From Amoebophrya sp. A120 (taxonomy: Eukaryota; Protista; Dinoflagellata), in assembly GCA_905178155.1 (NCBI GenBank), contig CAJINV010000004.1:8832411-8896410 (forward strand): a DNA stretch of 64,000 nucleotides, written 5' to 3'. Positions 1 to 13,100 of this stretch are shown here, one piece after another (position 1 is the first letter of the stretch; each line of letters begins with the position of its first letter). The notes below the pieces were generated by a model. It ran no database searches. It saw only the letters and a program-made list of their open reading frames with translations, and was not told where the DNA came from. A program made the position numbers and the translations under genes.

Positions 1-520
1 GGATGAATTTCGCGAGGGGGCTTCCGGGGGAATTCGCACGGTGTCCGGGGGGGGAACTTGAATAGGGGAATGCCGGGGGGGATCGCGCCGCGCGCCGGGG
101 GGGGAGGAAACTTTGGTGGGGGGATGCCGGGGGGGATCGCGCCGCGCCCTCGACGGGTTGGGGGGCTGGGATTCGCGCTGCGCCCGGGGAGGGGAAAACT
201 AGGGGAATGCCGGGGGGGACCGCGCCGCGCCCACAACGCGTTGGGGGGGCTGGGGTTCGCGCCGCGCTAAGGGGGGGCTATTTAATTTCGCGACGCGGCT
301 TCCGGGGGGGGATCGAGCCGCGCCCATGACGGGGTGGGGGGCGGGGATGCGCGCTGCGCCCAGGGGATGTATTTCGCGAGGGGGGCTGTCGGGGGGATTC
401 GCGCCGCGCCCGGGGGTCGGGCGGGGTATGGGAGGTGGGCTGGTAGGAGAATGGCCACGGGCTGCGCAAAATCCGCGCCGCGCCCGAAGTGGGGGGCCCA
501 GGGGGCGGGGGCAGGGAGGA
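1..520. repeat. G-run-rich degenerate satellite (GGGGATGCCGGGGGGGATCGCGCCGCGCC-like units)
   Basis: Many G5-G7 runs and recurring CGCGCCGCGC and ATTTCGCGAGGGGG motifs; no credible ORF. Confidence 0.6.
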
Positions 521-2511
521 ATCTCTGCCCCGAACTTTTTCCGTTGTCGGGACGGTTTGCAGATGGTGCGCAGCCTGCCCTCAACTTTGTATACTTCCTT
601 TGCGCCCGGGGACCTACATTCATTACTGCCGTCTCCGTTTCATGTGCTTGGCCGCCGCGGCTTCTATTCTCCTGGCGCTTCGCCGTGTGTAGTTACCCAC
701 ATGTTAATTGTTCTGCAAGAAAGCTAAAGTCTCAAACCGCAAGCAGAGCTGGAGGTAAGACCTCCACGAGAGATTCATTCTTCAGGCAGGCCAAGGAGTA
801 GCACCATTTCCGCGTGCAAGGCTTCACTTTTAGACGAAGCGTCGTCGCCTCAGTCGAGCGCCCCCCTATTACTAGATAATGAGGCTCCTGTTGAGCGGCC
901 TGAGTGAATCCTATCAATCTCGTCTTCAGAGCTTATATTCGTAAGTCCGATCATGATCATCCTCTCGTAGATGGAGACCTATAATTCAAAGGCAAGAGAT
1001 AAATGGGGGCTGTCTGCGAATATTATGTTGCGGAGCTTCATCACCCAGCCAGCGGGCGCCAGTCCTTCCGGTCAGCTGGCGCCAACCCATTTCCAACGGG
1101 GGGCTGTGCGCCTGGTCCTCCCTCCGGTGTCGCCTCGGGAGCAGGATTGTTTGGAACGCGGAAGGGCGACGGGACTGCCGGCACTCGCCCTGCGACAGGC
1201 AACTCGAGTGGCGGACTATACCTTCTGCCAACGCTTCCGCGCAGCCATATACGTCCGGCACACAAGGCGGGCCGCGATACCGAAGCCGCCACGCGATTTT
1301 TTCTGCGGGCCCTAAGCGGCCCCCGCCCCGTTTCCCTCCCGGGCCCCTCCAGGCCTGCGACCTTGGCCGCGCGCCCCCTCCTTCGAAGGGCCAACCACCG
1401 GCCGGCCCGCGACGGATTTTGCAAAGCACGGCAGCCGCGCGCGCGCCGCCGGGCGGTGGGCGACGGCCGGGGCCATTGGTATACCTGCGGCGCCCACTGT
1501 AGCGCCGCGCGTTTGTGTTCCCATTGGCCCGCGCGCATCCATTTTGGGCGCGGGCACGGCCAGGGCGCCGTTTCAGAGCGCTGCTTTCGCGCGCCGCCAC
1601 TCTGGGCAGCCACTTCTTCGCCAGGGCGACGCCGAGTTGCGTGTTGGTCGCATGGCCTTCCACCGCGATTGCCGGTGAAGAAAATAAGCTCGCGCGCGCC
1701 TTTCCAGTCATCACGCGGTGTGTCATTTAGATGTTGCTGCCCACAGAATCTGTTCTGCACCTGCAGGAGAGAGCGTTCCAGTAAAGGAGGTCTTCGTGGT
1801 AGATTGAGCCAAGAAACGTGGCTGCATTTGCTCGCAGGCCGGGCCGAGTGAAAAATCTGCGTCCTGCCAGAGGCTTGTCAAGAATTTATATGCTTGGCTA
1901 CGCTCCTGGCTGCGCAGTGACTCTAGATACATTCTAGATGTCATACAATACGGCCACTTCTGTAGCTTCTTTCGCGGGTCTGAGAGACGCAACGCGGCCG
2001 TGCGCGCTTCTCTGCAGCGCGCAAGGACAGTGGTCGCCCTCTGTGCGAAGTGCCGGACGCGACTGCGAGTTGCTTGGGCGGCCCTTTTACTGGGCATGGC
2101 GCCTCAGATGCGCGATACGTCAATACGTGCAGCCGACGCTTTGTCTTCCAGCGCGGTCGCCGGTGCCGCATTGCTGCTTCGCGCGACTTTTCAGTCACAA
2201 CGGAATGCAGGCGGCCAGATGCTGCCGCCCAGAGAGACTTCTGTGTGAGAGAACGCAATCTAGCCGAGTGCGTGTCCGCACTAGATTCAGTGCGGAACAA
2301 ACGAGGTTGCATTTCGGGGAATAGTAGAAAAGTCTGGAAGGTTGTGGTTGGTGGTTTGTCAAAAATTCCCACGAGCGACGCTGTGCAGTACATGCAACAT
2401 TGTCTACACCATTATTTTTTCTACTTTCAACAGTACTCAGTCAGCGCACGAACCCCGCTGCGGCCCGGCTGACAACGACATGTAAGGCCCTACGCTGCAG
2501 CCGGCACCAGC

Positions 2512-5500
2512 ATGCCCGTGACCGTCTCGGGGGAAGTGGGCGGCAGCCTCCAAAGCGAGCTGCAGGAGATATTCGAGCACCTGGCGTCCTCCCTCCCCTA
2601 TTCTGAGTAAAAACGGGCCCACCCCAGAGTTGTCATGCAAAATCTGCATGCCAAAAAATAGAAATTTTCTCATGCAGACCCCATGAGAAGCATTGTCTAA
2701 TCATGTTTTGGAGTTTGTGATACTAGAATGAGCATGATGTGCGGGATCTGTGATGCTGCTGCACTAAGAAAAAAGGACTACACTATTGGGGCAAACTTGT
2801 CATGCGAAACAACCACAGCTGGTTGACTTGTCTAGCAGATTTCCCATCTTGATGACCCTGGTGTGGGGACAGTTTTCCCCACGATACCCCCGATGACTTC
2901 CACACCACGACCGCCCAACAGGCGCTGGCCGCAGCCAAGGGGGACGAGGACGAAGCGGGTTCGGTGGAGGAGCACCGGCGACGGCTGGTCGAGAAGGAGA
3001 TTTTTCTGCAGCTCGGCAAAAAACTGGTCGTCAACTCGGGTTACAGCTGCTACGACCTCGTGGGCCCGCTGTTTCAGGTGGAGCTGCACCAGGAATTTCA
3101 ACGCGAAGTCGCCATCACGACCAGCAACATCGAGCAAAACGCCCCCGTGGAGGAGGAAAACACGGAGGAAGGGGAAGAAACTGCCGGCGCGGCGGAGAAC
3201 GCAGACGTAGATGCCGCGGCGGGAGAGCAGGAGGTGGCCGTGGCCGGGACGGAACAAACGTCCACCCAGATCTGCATGCGGACCAAGATGCAGAGCATTT
3301 TCCAAGAGCCGAAATACGCAGCCATGATGCGAAATGACGACCTCCGACCCTTCTACTGCAGTGGCGCCAAGCAGTCGAAACGACAACAGTACGTCTGAGA
3401 ATTTCGGGTTGATGAGGTTTGTCTCTCGCCTGCGAAATTCACTTCGATGAACTTGTGTTTTCCGCATCACAATTTCTCATTCACTGTGGTTATAGAGAAA
3501 TATCTTCAACTGATGATGTTCCAGGCGCCAAAGGGAAGAATACGCGGGCGTCGGTTTGAAGCGACTGACGGGGAACATGGCAAGTATCAAGAAGGAGTTC
3601 TACCGGCTGTTCTCGCACTTTGCGATTGAGTCAAAAGCGATCCATTATCCTGAGTAAAAACGTCCCCACCCCATAGTTGTCATGCAGATTTGCGACCACA
3701 GGAAGATTTGTAATGCGCATCCCCATGTGAAGCATTTTCAATCGTGTTTTGGAATTTGTAATGCTGGAAACAGGATGAGACAATGGATTTCTGATGCGGC
3801 TTCCCTTGCCAACCAGCACTACACTGCAGAGGGAAAGTTGTCATGCACAGCTCCCAAAACTTGGAGATTTGTGTCCCTAGATTCCCAACTTGACTATGGG
3901 GTGGGGATGTTTTTGCACAGGATATCCATCCAGAGCTGTTCATGTTTCAGGACGAGTCGGAATTGGACGCGAAAACGGTACTTGTTAATTTTGGGGTTTT
4001 TATTTGTCATGCTGGGTCGGAAAGAGAGTTTTTTTGTCATGCTGGATGGGAAAGTAAGAGGGATTGAATTTGATTTTGAATCGTTTCAAAATTTATTCCA
4101 GATACAACCCATCAACCAAGTTTTGACGCAAACGATGCTGCGGTATGAAAGTGCACAACTCCCCCTCCCCCTCATTTGGATGGCATCCGCAGCAACACAA
4201 GTCCTGGCAGCACACATGCAGCTTTTGCATGACAAATTTACGACTGATTGTAGTGCTGTTTCGGCTTCGGGAATCTGTCATGCATAGTAGTGGCACAAGG
4301 CAGAAGGTGGAGTTGGTGTTATGCATGAGAAATGAGAACGAGGGGGAGTTGTGCACTGTCATATGCGGTTCCGCGGTGACGTGACGCGCGTGAACGACCC
4401 GGCGAGCGGTGTGCTGGTGTATGAGGATGAGTTTGCCCTGTACTCCGCGCTGGACATTCTTGTGACCAAAACCCCGGCCCTGCGCAAAGCGGACTGCTAC
4501 CTCGTGCGGATCGACGACCCCAACAGCAAAATCGTAACCAGTTCGAGGCACCGCGGGCACGGGGGCAGCGTGGACGGCGGATCCTCCACTTTCGGCGGTA
4601 CCACGACAACGAACTCCCTATCCCTGGCGCACAACCCGATGCACCAAACGTCAACGGAAAATCTCGCACAGCAGCGCAGCCCCGGGGGACGGGAGGAGGA
4701 GAGTTCCATGCTGTTCGACGCGTCGAAGCAAGAGACCATGGGAACAAGCAAAACGCTGGCGGGGGGGAACTCCTACGGTACGCTGGCGAAGATGCAGAAG
4801 CAGAAGGGGCTGATAAGGAACCCCGTGCACAAAACCGCGCCCGGGCTGGGGTTGACGCAGGAACCACAACCGACGAGGAGTCAGCTGGACTCGACGTACC
4901 AAAATATGGACCCCGCAGAGCTGGACTCACCCGGAGACGAAGGCTTTGAAGTAGCGGGGTTGGGAGGTAATAAATAAGAGTGGATTTTTGTATTGCATAC
5001 CATGTGAAAGTGAAAGGAGAATATAGAACTCGTGGTGCAAAACGACAAACTGCAACTAGAACTTTGCGTGTCCTGGTCATGCATGGCCATATTCCAAACT
5101 ACAGGCGACTCCCCGACAAATCTCAACCGGCTTTACGAGCCCGCAGCGCATTTTTCCTTTCCCGCCAGCGGCACCAACACCGCTTCCGGCGCGTCTTCTG
5201 CCAGCGCCAGCAACTCAGCAGCCGGCGGGCAGGGCGGCAAGCAGGACATTGTGCAGCCGGTGTCGGTGTACCTCTGTCTCTCCGCGCACGTGTGCAAAAT
5301 CACGTTGTACACGGAGCAAGCCTACCTTCTGTACCAGAAGCAGGAGCAGAAGAAAAAATTTGAAGATTTGATGATCCTCGCCGGAACGATGAACGACGAA
5401 GTGCTCGTTTCGCAGGCGTTGGAAGTGATCCACAACGTGTTATGCACTGCAAATATGTCTGAGTCTGGAACATGGAAACTTGTCATGCCAGATCTGGATC

Positions 5501-8500
5501 ATGCAAAAATCTGTGTTGCAGGATTACCAAAAGCTGGCCACTTTTGACCAAGTTGACAGGGGATTTCTCATGCAGAATAGGCAACATGACAGAGGTCTGA
5601 TAGTATCTGTCCTGCAAGGTTCTGCATTCCAGACCTCATGCGTCATGTACCACATGCATCACAAGTTTGCATTTTTCCAGACCCAGACATTTTTGAAATA
5701 GATACGTGTGGCCGCACGACAAATCCTCCGCCAGCGGGAGCAGTCTGTCGCCAACATATGAGCTGCAAAAGTATCGTACTAGTATAGATTGCATTACAAA
5801 TTTCCTGTGCGTGAGAAATGCAAATAAAATCTGTAATGCGGATTTATCTTGACAGAGAAATTTGTAATGCGTGGGTGCAATTACGACGAGTAGTACGATA
5901 CTTTTGCAATGCATACAACAGTGGTGCACCAAATTGCCGCGAACGGGAACGCAAGCTTACTGTCCAAGATGTTCAAGCAGTACCCGCAGTTCATGAGGTA
6001 GTACGAGGAGATGGTGATCATGAAATTTGTGATCATGCTCCATGTACATCTGTGTTTGATCCACTTCTAGTTGTCATGCGAGATGCCGTACAAAACCTGA
6101 AACAACATTCAACAGCGCGATGCTCGTGACCCCGGACAACGGCGGCGCGCTCCCACTGATGGTGGCGGTGTACCAACAGCAACTGAAAACAGCGGTGCTC
6201 CTGCTCCGTGCCTTGGTAGAACTAGTGAAGCACCACGCGAAGGAGAAGATGGACTACGCGCAGATGCTGCGGGAGGATCCGGAGGCAACCGTAACGCCCG
6301 CGCAGTTGCCGCCGGTTCTGGAAACGCTCGTCGCGTTCTACCTGAAAGCGCAGCAGATCGCCAACCCGCTAGCAGGTGTGTCCGCGTCGAAACGCGCATC
6401 GCCAAAAGCGGCGAGGAACAGCGCAAATCAATCCGGAACGAGTACTTCTCTGAACACCAGCTCCATGAACAGTGTGCAGGAAGACGGCAGTATCCTCGAT
6501 CCCTGTGCAGTTTTACCAGAATTTTGGTACTGCAGCGATTTTGTTTTGGACAAGTTGGCGCAGGGCACGTACCCATTGGTACCGCTGGAAGAGGACGAGC
6601 AGATACACGCGACAAGGTTGAGCCAATTGCAGGAATTGTGGACGCTCTTTGGGGCGCTGGGATTCGGTATTGTTTGATAGATGAACTGTAAGTATGATTT
6701 ATTTGATTTGTCATGCAATTTGTAGTGCAAGATCAAGAAGGATTTGATCTTTATTTGGTATTTGTATTGCACACACTCACACTCCGGCGCACCACGCGAC
6801 CAAAGGTACCGCCAACAACGACCGCGTTACCCGCGCCGTGCAGCTCGAGCTGCTGCAGCTCGCCACCTATCAAATGCAAATATGTCTGGGTCGGAGAGGT
6901 TGCAAGACTTGTCATGCAGGTTTTCCATGACGCGCGAGGTCTGTCATCCACGACCTAGCATGACAGATTCTGTGCGACCTCTATCATGCCTGTCCTGCAT
7001 GAGAAACTGCCTCTCGGTTAGGTCAGAAGTGGAAAGCTTTTGGCACTCATGCAACACAGATTTTTGCATGATTCGGATTTAGCATGACAAGTTGCAATCT
7101 TCCAGACCCAGACATTTTTGCAACCCATACCACCTTCCTCGCGCTGATCAAAGCCAGAGACAGTTCGAAACGGACGGTATTGATGCTGGCGTGCAGGATG
7201 AAAAACCCGGTGCACGAGGGAATGGTAAAGTTCATCCTGGAAAAAGTACCCGACTGCGAGCTGAACGCACTGGACCAGTGGAACAAGTCCGCGGTCGACT
7301 ACGTGATGGAATCCAGCAGCACAAGTTCGGCGAAACTGTTGTTAGACTACGGTGCGAAAGACGCGATGGGCCAGGATGTGCTGCTCAGAGCAACATTGGA
7401 CAACAACGCGCACGTGATTCAGTTTCTCTTGAGCTACGTGCAGACCACCGGGGCGGCCGGAGGTAGTAATACTGGATCGATGTGATCTGTGTAGCGTGAT
7501 TGTTTGGTTGAAGGTTTCGTTCATTGAATAAAACTGAATCTCAATTCTGTCCGTACGCATAAGTATATTATCGAAGCATACTTAAAATGGAAAGAATCAA
7601 CCATCTCCCAGATTCGGACGCCGCTGGTTGGAGCGCGGGCAACGCGTTGTGGCTCCTTCGCCGTGGCGCACAAGCGACGGGCACGTTTTGCACCTGTTTC
7701 ATCCCGGCGAATTGTCAGGAGCTGCGGGTTCGCTACCCGTTGGTGTTCGGCAGAACCTTCCCGAGAATCAAGTCCCTCGTCCGAGACAGCAACGCGGGCA
7801 AGGTGTTAGAGGACTACCGGAATCTCAACGAAAGGTTAGAACAGGAGCAGAAGGAGCGGGAAGGGAAAAACATAGGGCTCATCCCCGTGCCGAAGAACCC
7901 GAAGGGGGAGTCTCTCGGTGCATTAACCGGTCTGGACGGGTTGGACATCTTCGTTATCAATTGCAAAAATGTCTGGGTCTGGAAAAATGCAACTTGTAAT
8001 GCTGTCTGCGGGTTCTAAAAATTAAAATATCTGTGTTGCATGAGTAGCAAGAGGACTCAATTCTTGGCACGCGAAGAGGGCATTTGTCATGCGTAGTTAG
8101 CATCAAGAAGCTCTCAAAAAATCTGTGATGCTAGCACCAGCATCACAGACCTGACGGGTCATGCAAAATGTGCATGACAGGCCCCGACTCTTCCAGACCC
8201 AGACAATTTTGCATTTGATATTCGTCGGCCGGGTGCAGTGCTGGATCTGCAAGAAAACGCACACCGGGTCGGAATCCTGGGTGGGGCCGGTCGCGTTGCA
8301 GCTGAAGTTCGAGGCGAAGAACGACGAGAAGGGCGACGACCTGCTCGCGCAGGCGGACGCCGCGAGGACGGGGACAAGGCCCGCCAGTCGGGGGAACAGT
8401 CCGCAGAAAGGGAACAAGCCGGGCACCGCAGAGTCGAACTCACCAAGTCCGAGGAGAAGTACGTCCTTATTTTGTGCTACAAATTATATGCTTTTCCTGC

Positions 8501-9147
8501 TTTTGCATCCATTTTCGTATGACAAATGTTTCCTCGGACCACCCACCCCTCCGGGCTTTAGTTGCACAGTTTGTTTTTAAGCATGACAAATGTTTCCACT
8601 GATACAGTTTTCATCATCCGCATGGCAAAATGAAATGAAAACGATCACATGAAAAGGTAAATCCCCCGGAGCAGCAGACGATGGTAGTGACGCTGCACCC
8701 ACGTTACGGCTTTTCATGCACCACGCCTGCTGTGTCGGCTTGGAAAACTACCTCAACGAGGAAGCTGCCAGAAGGGAGGCACAGATACCGAAGGTACTTT
8801 ATGTACTTAAGGCTGTTTTTTTATCAGGAGATAATGTGCAGGACCACAAACACAGTGTTTTTCTCGCACTTCTGCCGGACTCGTGATGTGTATAGAAGCT
8901 GCAACCACAAGTTCTAAAAAAAAATTCATCACAGCGTTCCCAAGGCGGTATCCCGAAAGCCCGCGCGCGGCAGCTGCTCAAGGACGCAAAGTCATTTGAG
9001 CACGAGTTTCGGGAGGTACCAGCGACGGCAACACGGACGTGGAAAACCTCCCGTGGGTTCGAGAACGTCGGGTTAAAGCCGCCGAGCTACGCCGGGGCAT
9101 CGGACAACCTTGGGTCGCTCAAGAAGGGGGAGTACACGATCCGGTGA
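2512..9147 (+). CDS. Multi-exon ankyrin-repeat protein (5' end uncertain)
   Basis: Removing 7 elements and GT-AG introns (3389-3524, 3978-4101, 4967-5026, 5998-6115, 6667-~6805, 7463-7611, 8459-~8677, 8794-8934) gives one open frame with ankyrin motifs TVVHQIAANGNASLL, KRTVLMLAC, NALDQWNKSAVDY and AKLLLDYGA; TGA ends at 9147. Confidence 0.72.
2599..2886. mobile_element. Introner-like element, family B
   Basis: TATTCTGAGTAAAAACGGGCCCAC...GTGGGGACAGTTTTCCCCACGATA; DR tcccc/ccccc; removal gives SLPDDF. Confidence 0.8.
3646..3924. mobile_element. Introner-like element, family B
   Basis: TATCCTGAGTAAAAACGTCCCCAC TIR; DR tccat; frame restored (AIHPELF). Confidence 0.9.
4144..4363. mobile_element. 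Introner-like element, family D
   Basis: TATGAAAGTGCACAACTCCCCCT...AGGGGGAGTTGTGCACTGTCATA; DR tgcgg. Confidence 0.9.
5441..5704. mobile_element. Introner-like element, family A
   Basis: ATGTCTGAGTCTGGAA...TTCCAGACCCAGACAT core; DR cgtgt. Confidence 0.9.
5757..5915. mobile_element. Introner-like element, family C
   Basis: TGCAAAAGTATCGTACT...AGTACGATACTTTTGCA; DR caaca. Confidence 0.9.
6868..7129. mobile_element. Introner-like element, family A (opposite orientation to 5441)
   Basis: Family A TIR; DR ccacc. Confidence 0.9.
7955..8220. mobile_element. Introner-like element, family A
   Basis: Family A TIR; DR ttcgt. Confidence 0.9.
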
Positions 9148-10159
9148 GCTGCTGTGCTGGGAAGGGATGGGAAGGCAAGGTACTGTTTTTTTCTGCAATA
9201 AATGATTCGAAATCTTCACAATTGCTGATATTACAACTGTTGCAAGAACCGATACAACATCACAACCCAATTATTTCTTTCAATCAGATACGAATTCCAA
9301 TTCGTTCACAACATCTAACGATTTGTCAAGAAACCAAAAGAAAACAATAGCAACCCTTTTTCGTCGTTGAGAAAGTTTCAGTTAAAGTTGATTTTCCAAT
9401 AGCAGCACCAAATAAAAGGCTCAGTGAGTGGTCTCGGTTATAAAAGCAAGAATAGGCGAACTTCGTTTCACAAATGACCAAAAAAATAAATCCGTTTCTC
9501 TAGGACCAGTGTAACACAAAGGTGTTGATGTATGAAAAGTGAAGTTTGTTGCACTAGGAAATGACCATCAAGTTACGGTATTCACGCCGCGCCAAGAACG
9601 ACGACAAGCTAGAACTGGAGCAGGCACCGACGGCCTGCGTGCCATGTGTGACCGCCGTAATTTGTTTTTCGGATGTAAGTACTTAGTTTACTACTGTCTG
9701 AGGGTCGTGCAGCGTTGATGCCCCCCTCTTGCCGGCCGCCCTCACTCATTTGCCCTTTATTCGCAGCTTCCTTCCTTCAAGATCTGCAGATTTTTTTGCC
9801 GATGCCGATCCTGTGTATTTCTTTCCGATCTTTCGTTCGCTTAGTGTCAGAAGATCCTAAAAGTTGCAGTAGATCTCTTTGTTGCCTTTTTCCCCAGCAC
9901 ACGCGGTCCGAAAGATCTTGATTCGCTGTGAACTACGCTTTAGTAAAGAACTACAGACCGCTTGTATGAATATCAAGTATGCGTCGATTTTTGTTGGCGC
10001 CGCGATATAATTTTTTGCACGACTTGCTTCTTAGCACACACAATCACAAACACAAAAAGCAAGCTGCGTGTATTGTCAGGCTAGGACGATAATGTCGATG
10101 CAGCTGATCGTGCAGTGAGACGAACTCCCGGGAGGTCGTAGACGTTCACAGCACTCACC

Positions 10160-13100
10160 ATGGCGGCTGCAGCTTCATCTCTCCTCGCTGTACATCCCTT
10201 ATGCCAGTACACAACTCCCCCTCCCCCCCATCTGTGTAACATGAGCGGCAATACAAGCAGCACCCAGACTGCCGGTTTTGCATGACAAATTGGCACTGGA
10301 TTATAGTGCTATTTGGGCTACCAGAACTTGTCATGCAAATAGTGCCAAGGGGCACAGCCCGGATTAGGGATTTTGCATTACAAATGAGGGGGAGGGGGAG
10401 TTGTGGTTGTGCACTCTCATATCCCTCAACATCCAGCGTCTTCTCGGGTTCCCGGCGCGTCGCTTCGGATTTCCTGACCGCCGCGCAAAATGCGAGCGCA
10501 CTCTCCTGGTACCGGGAGTGGTCCCCGCACGCGTTTTTCAAGACGAAACCCACCAACGCGGATGTAAAGCGGTACTGCGACTTGTGGGTCGGCAGCCTGC
10601 TGTCTACTTCCGCGGCACCTTCTGGAGCAAGTGGACATACGGGAGGACGAGGCGGGGACGAGGAGGACCACACTATTGGTTCCACCCCTGGTGGTTCTAC
10701 TTCACGGCTTAATTCTGCTCTCGGAGGTGGAGTACCTGCGTTACCCACGACCAGTGCAATTGCACTTCCGCGGAATTATCAGAAGCCGGGAAGTAGATCT
10801 CCACTACAGGCTCCACCTTCGATCGACGGCACGAAGGCGCCCCAACTGCTCCACGCCGGCGAGGAGCTCGGCTGCTACTACCACCTGTCCCGCCTCATTC
10901 TCACCGCGACTCACGCTCCTGCGGCCGGGGTTCTCCTCCAGCGGGTGACGGAGGAGAAATTTGTGGAGAGGCAATGCGAGAATGACAGTGGGGGGAAGGA
11001 CATCTACCAACTGATCCGGATCTACGAAAACTGCTCCACGGCGATTATTGCGGCGAAAGCGAAAGAAAAGGGCGGTGGTCATCTTCCCGGAAGGAGTGGA
11101 GCTGGTAATGCTCCCTGTGCATCATCAACCAGCAGCGGAGGTTCTTCTTCTTCCCCAAGTAGAACATCGACTACAACTTGGGCATCCGAAATCGTCGTTG
11201 CGATCCAACGTTTTCTTCTACCCCGCGTAAGCGTATCGCAGTTCTCTGCGCAAAGTCTGGCGCTGGTGCTGCAGCATCTGAGTAAGCTCTGCGAAGTCCA
11301 CGACTTGCAGAATGTGGACATTTTTCAACATCTGATGTTGAAGGGAGACAGTTCTACTTCAGGAGGAAAAATAACTCGGGCGTCCGCGTCGTCGTCTCCA
11401 CCGTACTATCGTGGTAAAAATGATATTGTTCACCGCGCCGTCAACTCGTCTGACGTAGTAGAAGATTTCAGCAACAATTTCCATTTTATGCGACAGTGGT
11501 GCACGGCCGCCAGCTCCTGCCTGGACTCCTTCGCCACACGAGAGCTTGCGCACGGTGGATTCGCGTTCGCGAGGGTTTTGCAAACGACCATCGATGAGAA
11601 GCAACAGCGACGGAAAAAAACGCTGCTTTTCCAGGTGGATCTGGACCAGCATTCCCGGAAATTTGCAAAAAAGTGGTGCTCGGAGCTGCTGTTGCGATGC
11701 AGATCGGATAATTGGATGACGACGACAGCGTCAGATACTAGTAGTTCTAGTTGCACTTCTGTCTCGCATATGAACCATTCCGACCTGAACTCCCAAGCGG
11801 TCGCTGTGAGCTTGCAGACTTTGGGTCTGTTTGCCAGCTATCAGGTCTTCGTTCCGCAATCCGAAAGTAGTAGTACACGACCAGGGGGTAGTACTCGCAC
11901 TGACTCGCACGACGTCGGCGATGAGCAGAATCTTCGCGTCGCCCCTAGCACATCCGCAGCGGTGAAGGAGCTCTCTTTGCTCCTGGCTGAGAAATTTTTC
12001 CTCGCCAATTCCGATACCAAGGAAGACCCGCTTGGCCCGACGCATTTCATCGGCGCTCTGCACGCGCTGAGCCGGCTGTCTTTCGCGGAGTTTCTGTCGC
12101 CGGAAAAGAGCGGCGAATTCGCGTTAAGGTGGATTGCTGCGTACTTGGGCCGGGAGAGCGAGAAGTTCTCTTTGCAAAATTTGTCGAACGCGGGATATGG
12201 GATAGGGAGATTGCTGTCGACGAGCAGGTTTGGAGGAATACCATCACATGATGTGCAAGAAACACGACGATCTGGATCATCAGCGACAAGTGGCAAAAAT
12301 CTACTGAGTGTCGCAAATCACCCGCTTCAGCAGCAGCCGATCCTGCAGCCCGAGTTCCTGATTCGTGAGTTTCTAGCCAAGTGGCAAAGAGAGGTGGCAG
12401 AGAAGAATCTGAACCCGCTAAACATCCGGGACCTGACCAACATGATGGCAGGTGTTGGGAAGTGCGCGGAGATTCTGCACACGTTCACCTCGATGGGAGC
12501 AAACAAGGAGGGCGGCTGTCCTAGTGGCGCGGCGTCCGATGATTGCCCTCTCGAGGGCGTTGAGGATATTTTGGAGGACGACCACGCACCTGCGCAAATG
12601 AAAGAAGTCGATGCGCGTGAGTCACAGCAGTCCTGTTCACGACTGCTGCGCAAGACGATGAAGCTGTCCGGCCGTGGAGTGCTACGCCCACCGACGACGA
12701 CAAAGCCGAAGCCGCTGCTCGACCCAGACTTCCTAAAAAACTGGCGAACAACCGCTACGGAGAAAATATCTAGTTTCACCCCGCAAGCCCTGGCGCACAG
12801 TCTCAGCGGGTTGGCGAGCAGTGTGTGCGAGGACGTTTCTTCTACAGAAGATGATTATGACGGAGCTAAAGCTACTACTTCTGGAGGTACTAGAAGTTGT
12901 TCTGCGATTGGTGAAGAAGCTGCTGGTGTACTATCATCGTCATCATCGTCATCATCGCCCAACAACAAGGACATTGTTGCAGAAATCCAAACTTACCTTT
13001 CCGATTGGCACTCGCAGCTTTTGAAAACCAAACATACCTTCAACGACCAAGCGGTAAATGTGAGCCTCGTAGCAATACTGAAATTCCTGCAAGGAGCTTC

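Noticed and set aside
971-2472. Overlapping 100-280 aa ORFs on both strands
   Set aside because: GC-rich, Arg/Pro/Ala-biased and without recognisable domains
10282-10426. N-terminus of the 1409-aa ORF in the ORF track
   Set aside because: It lies inside a family D element; the likely start is 10160
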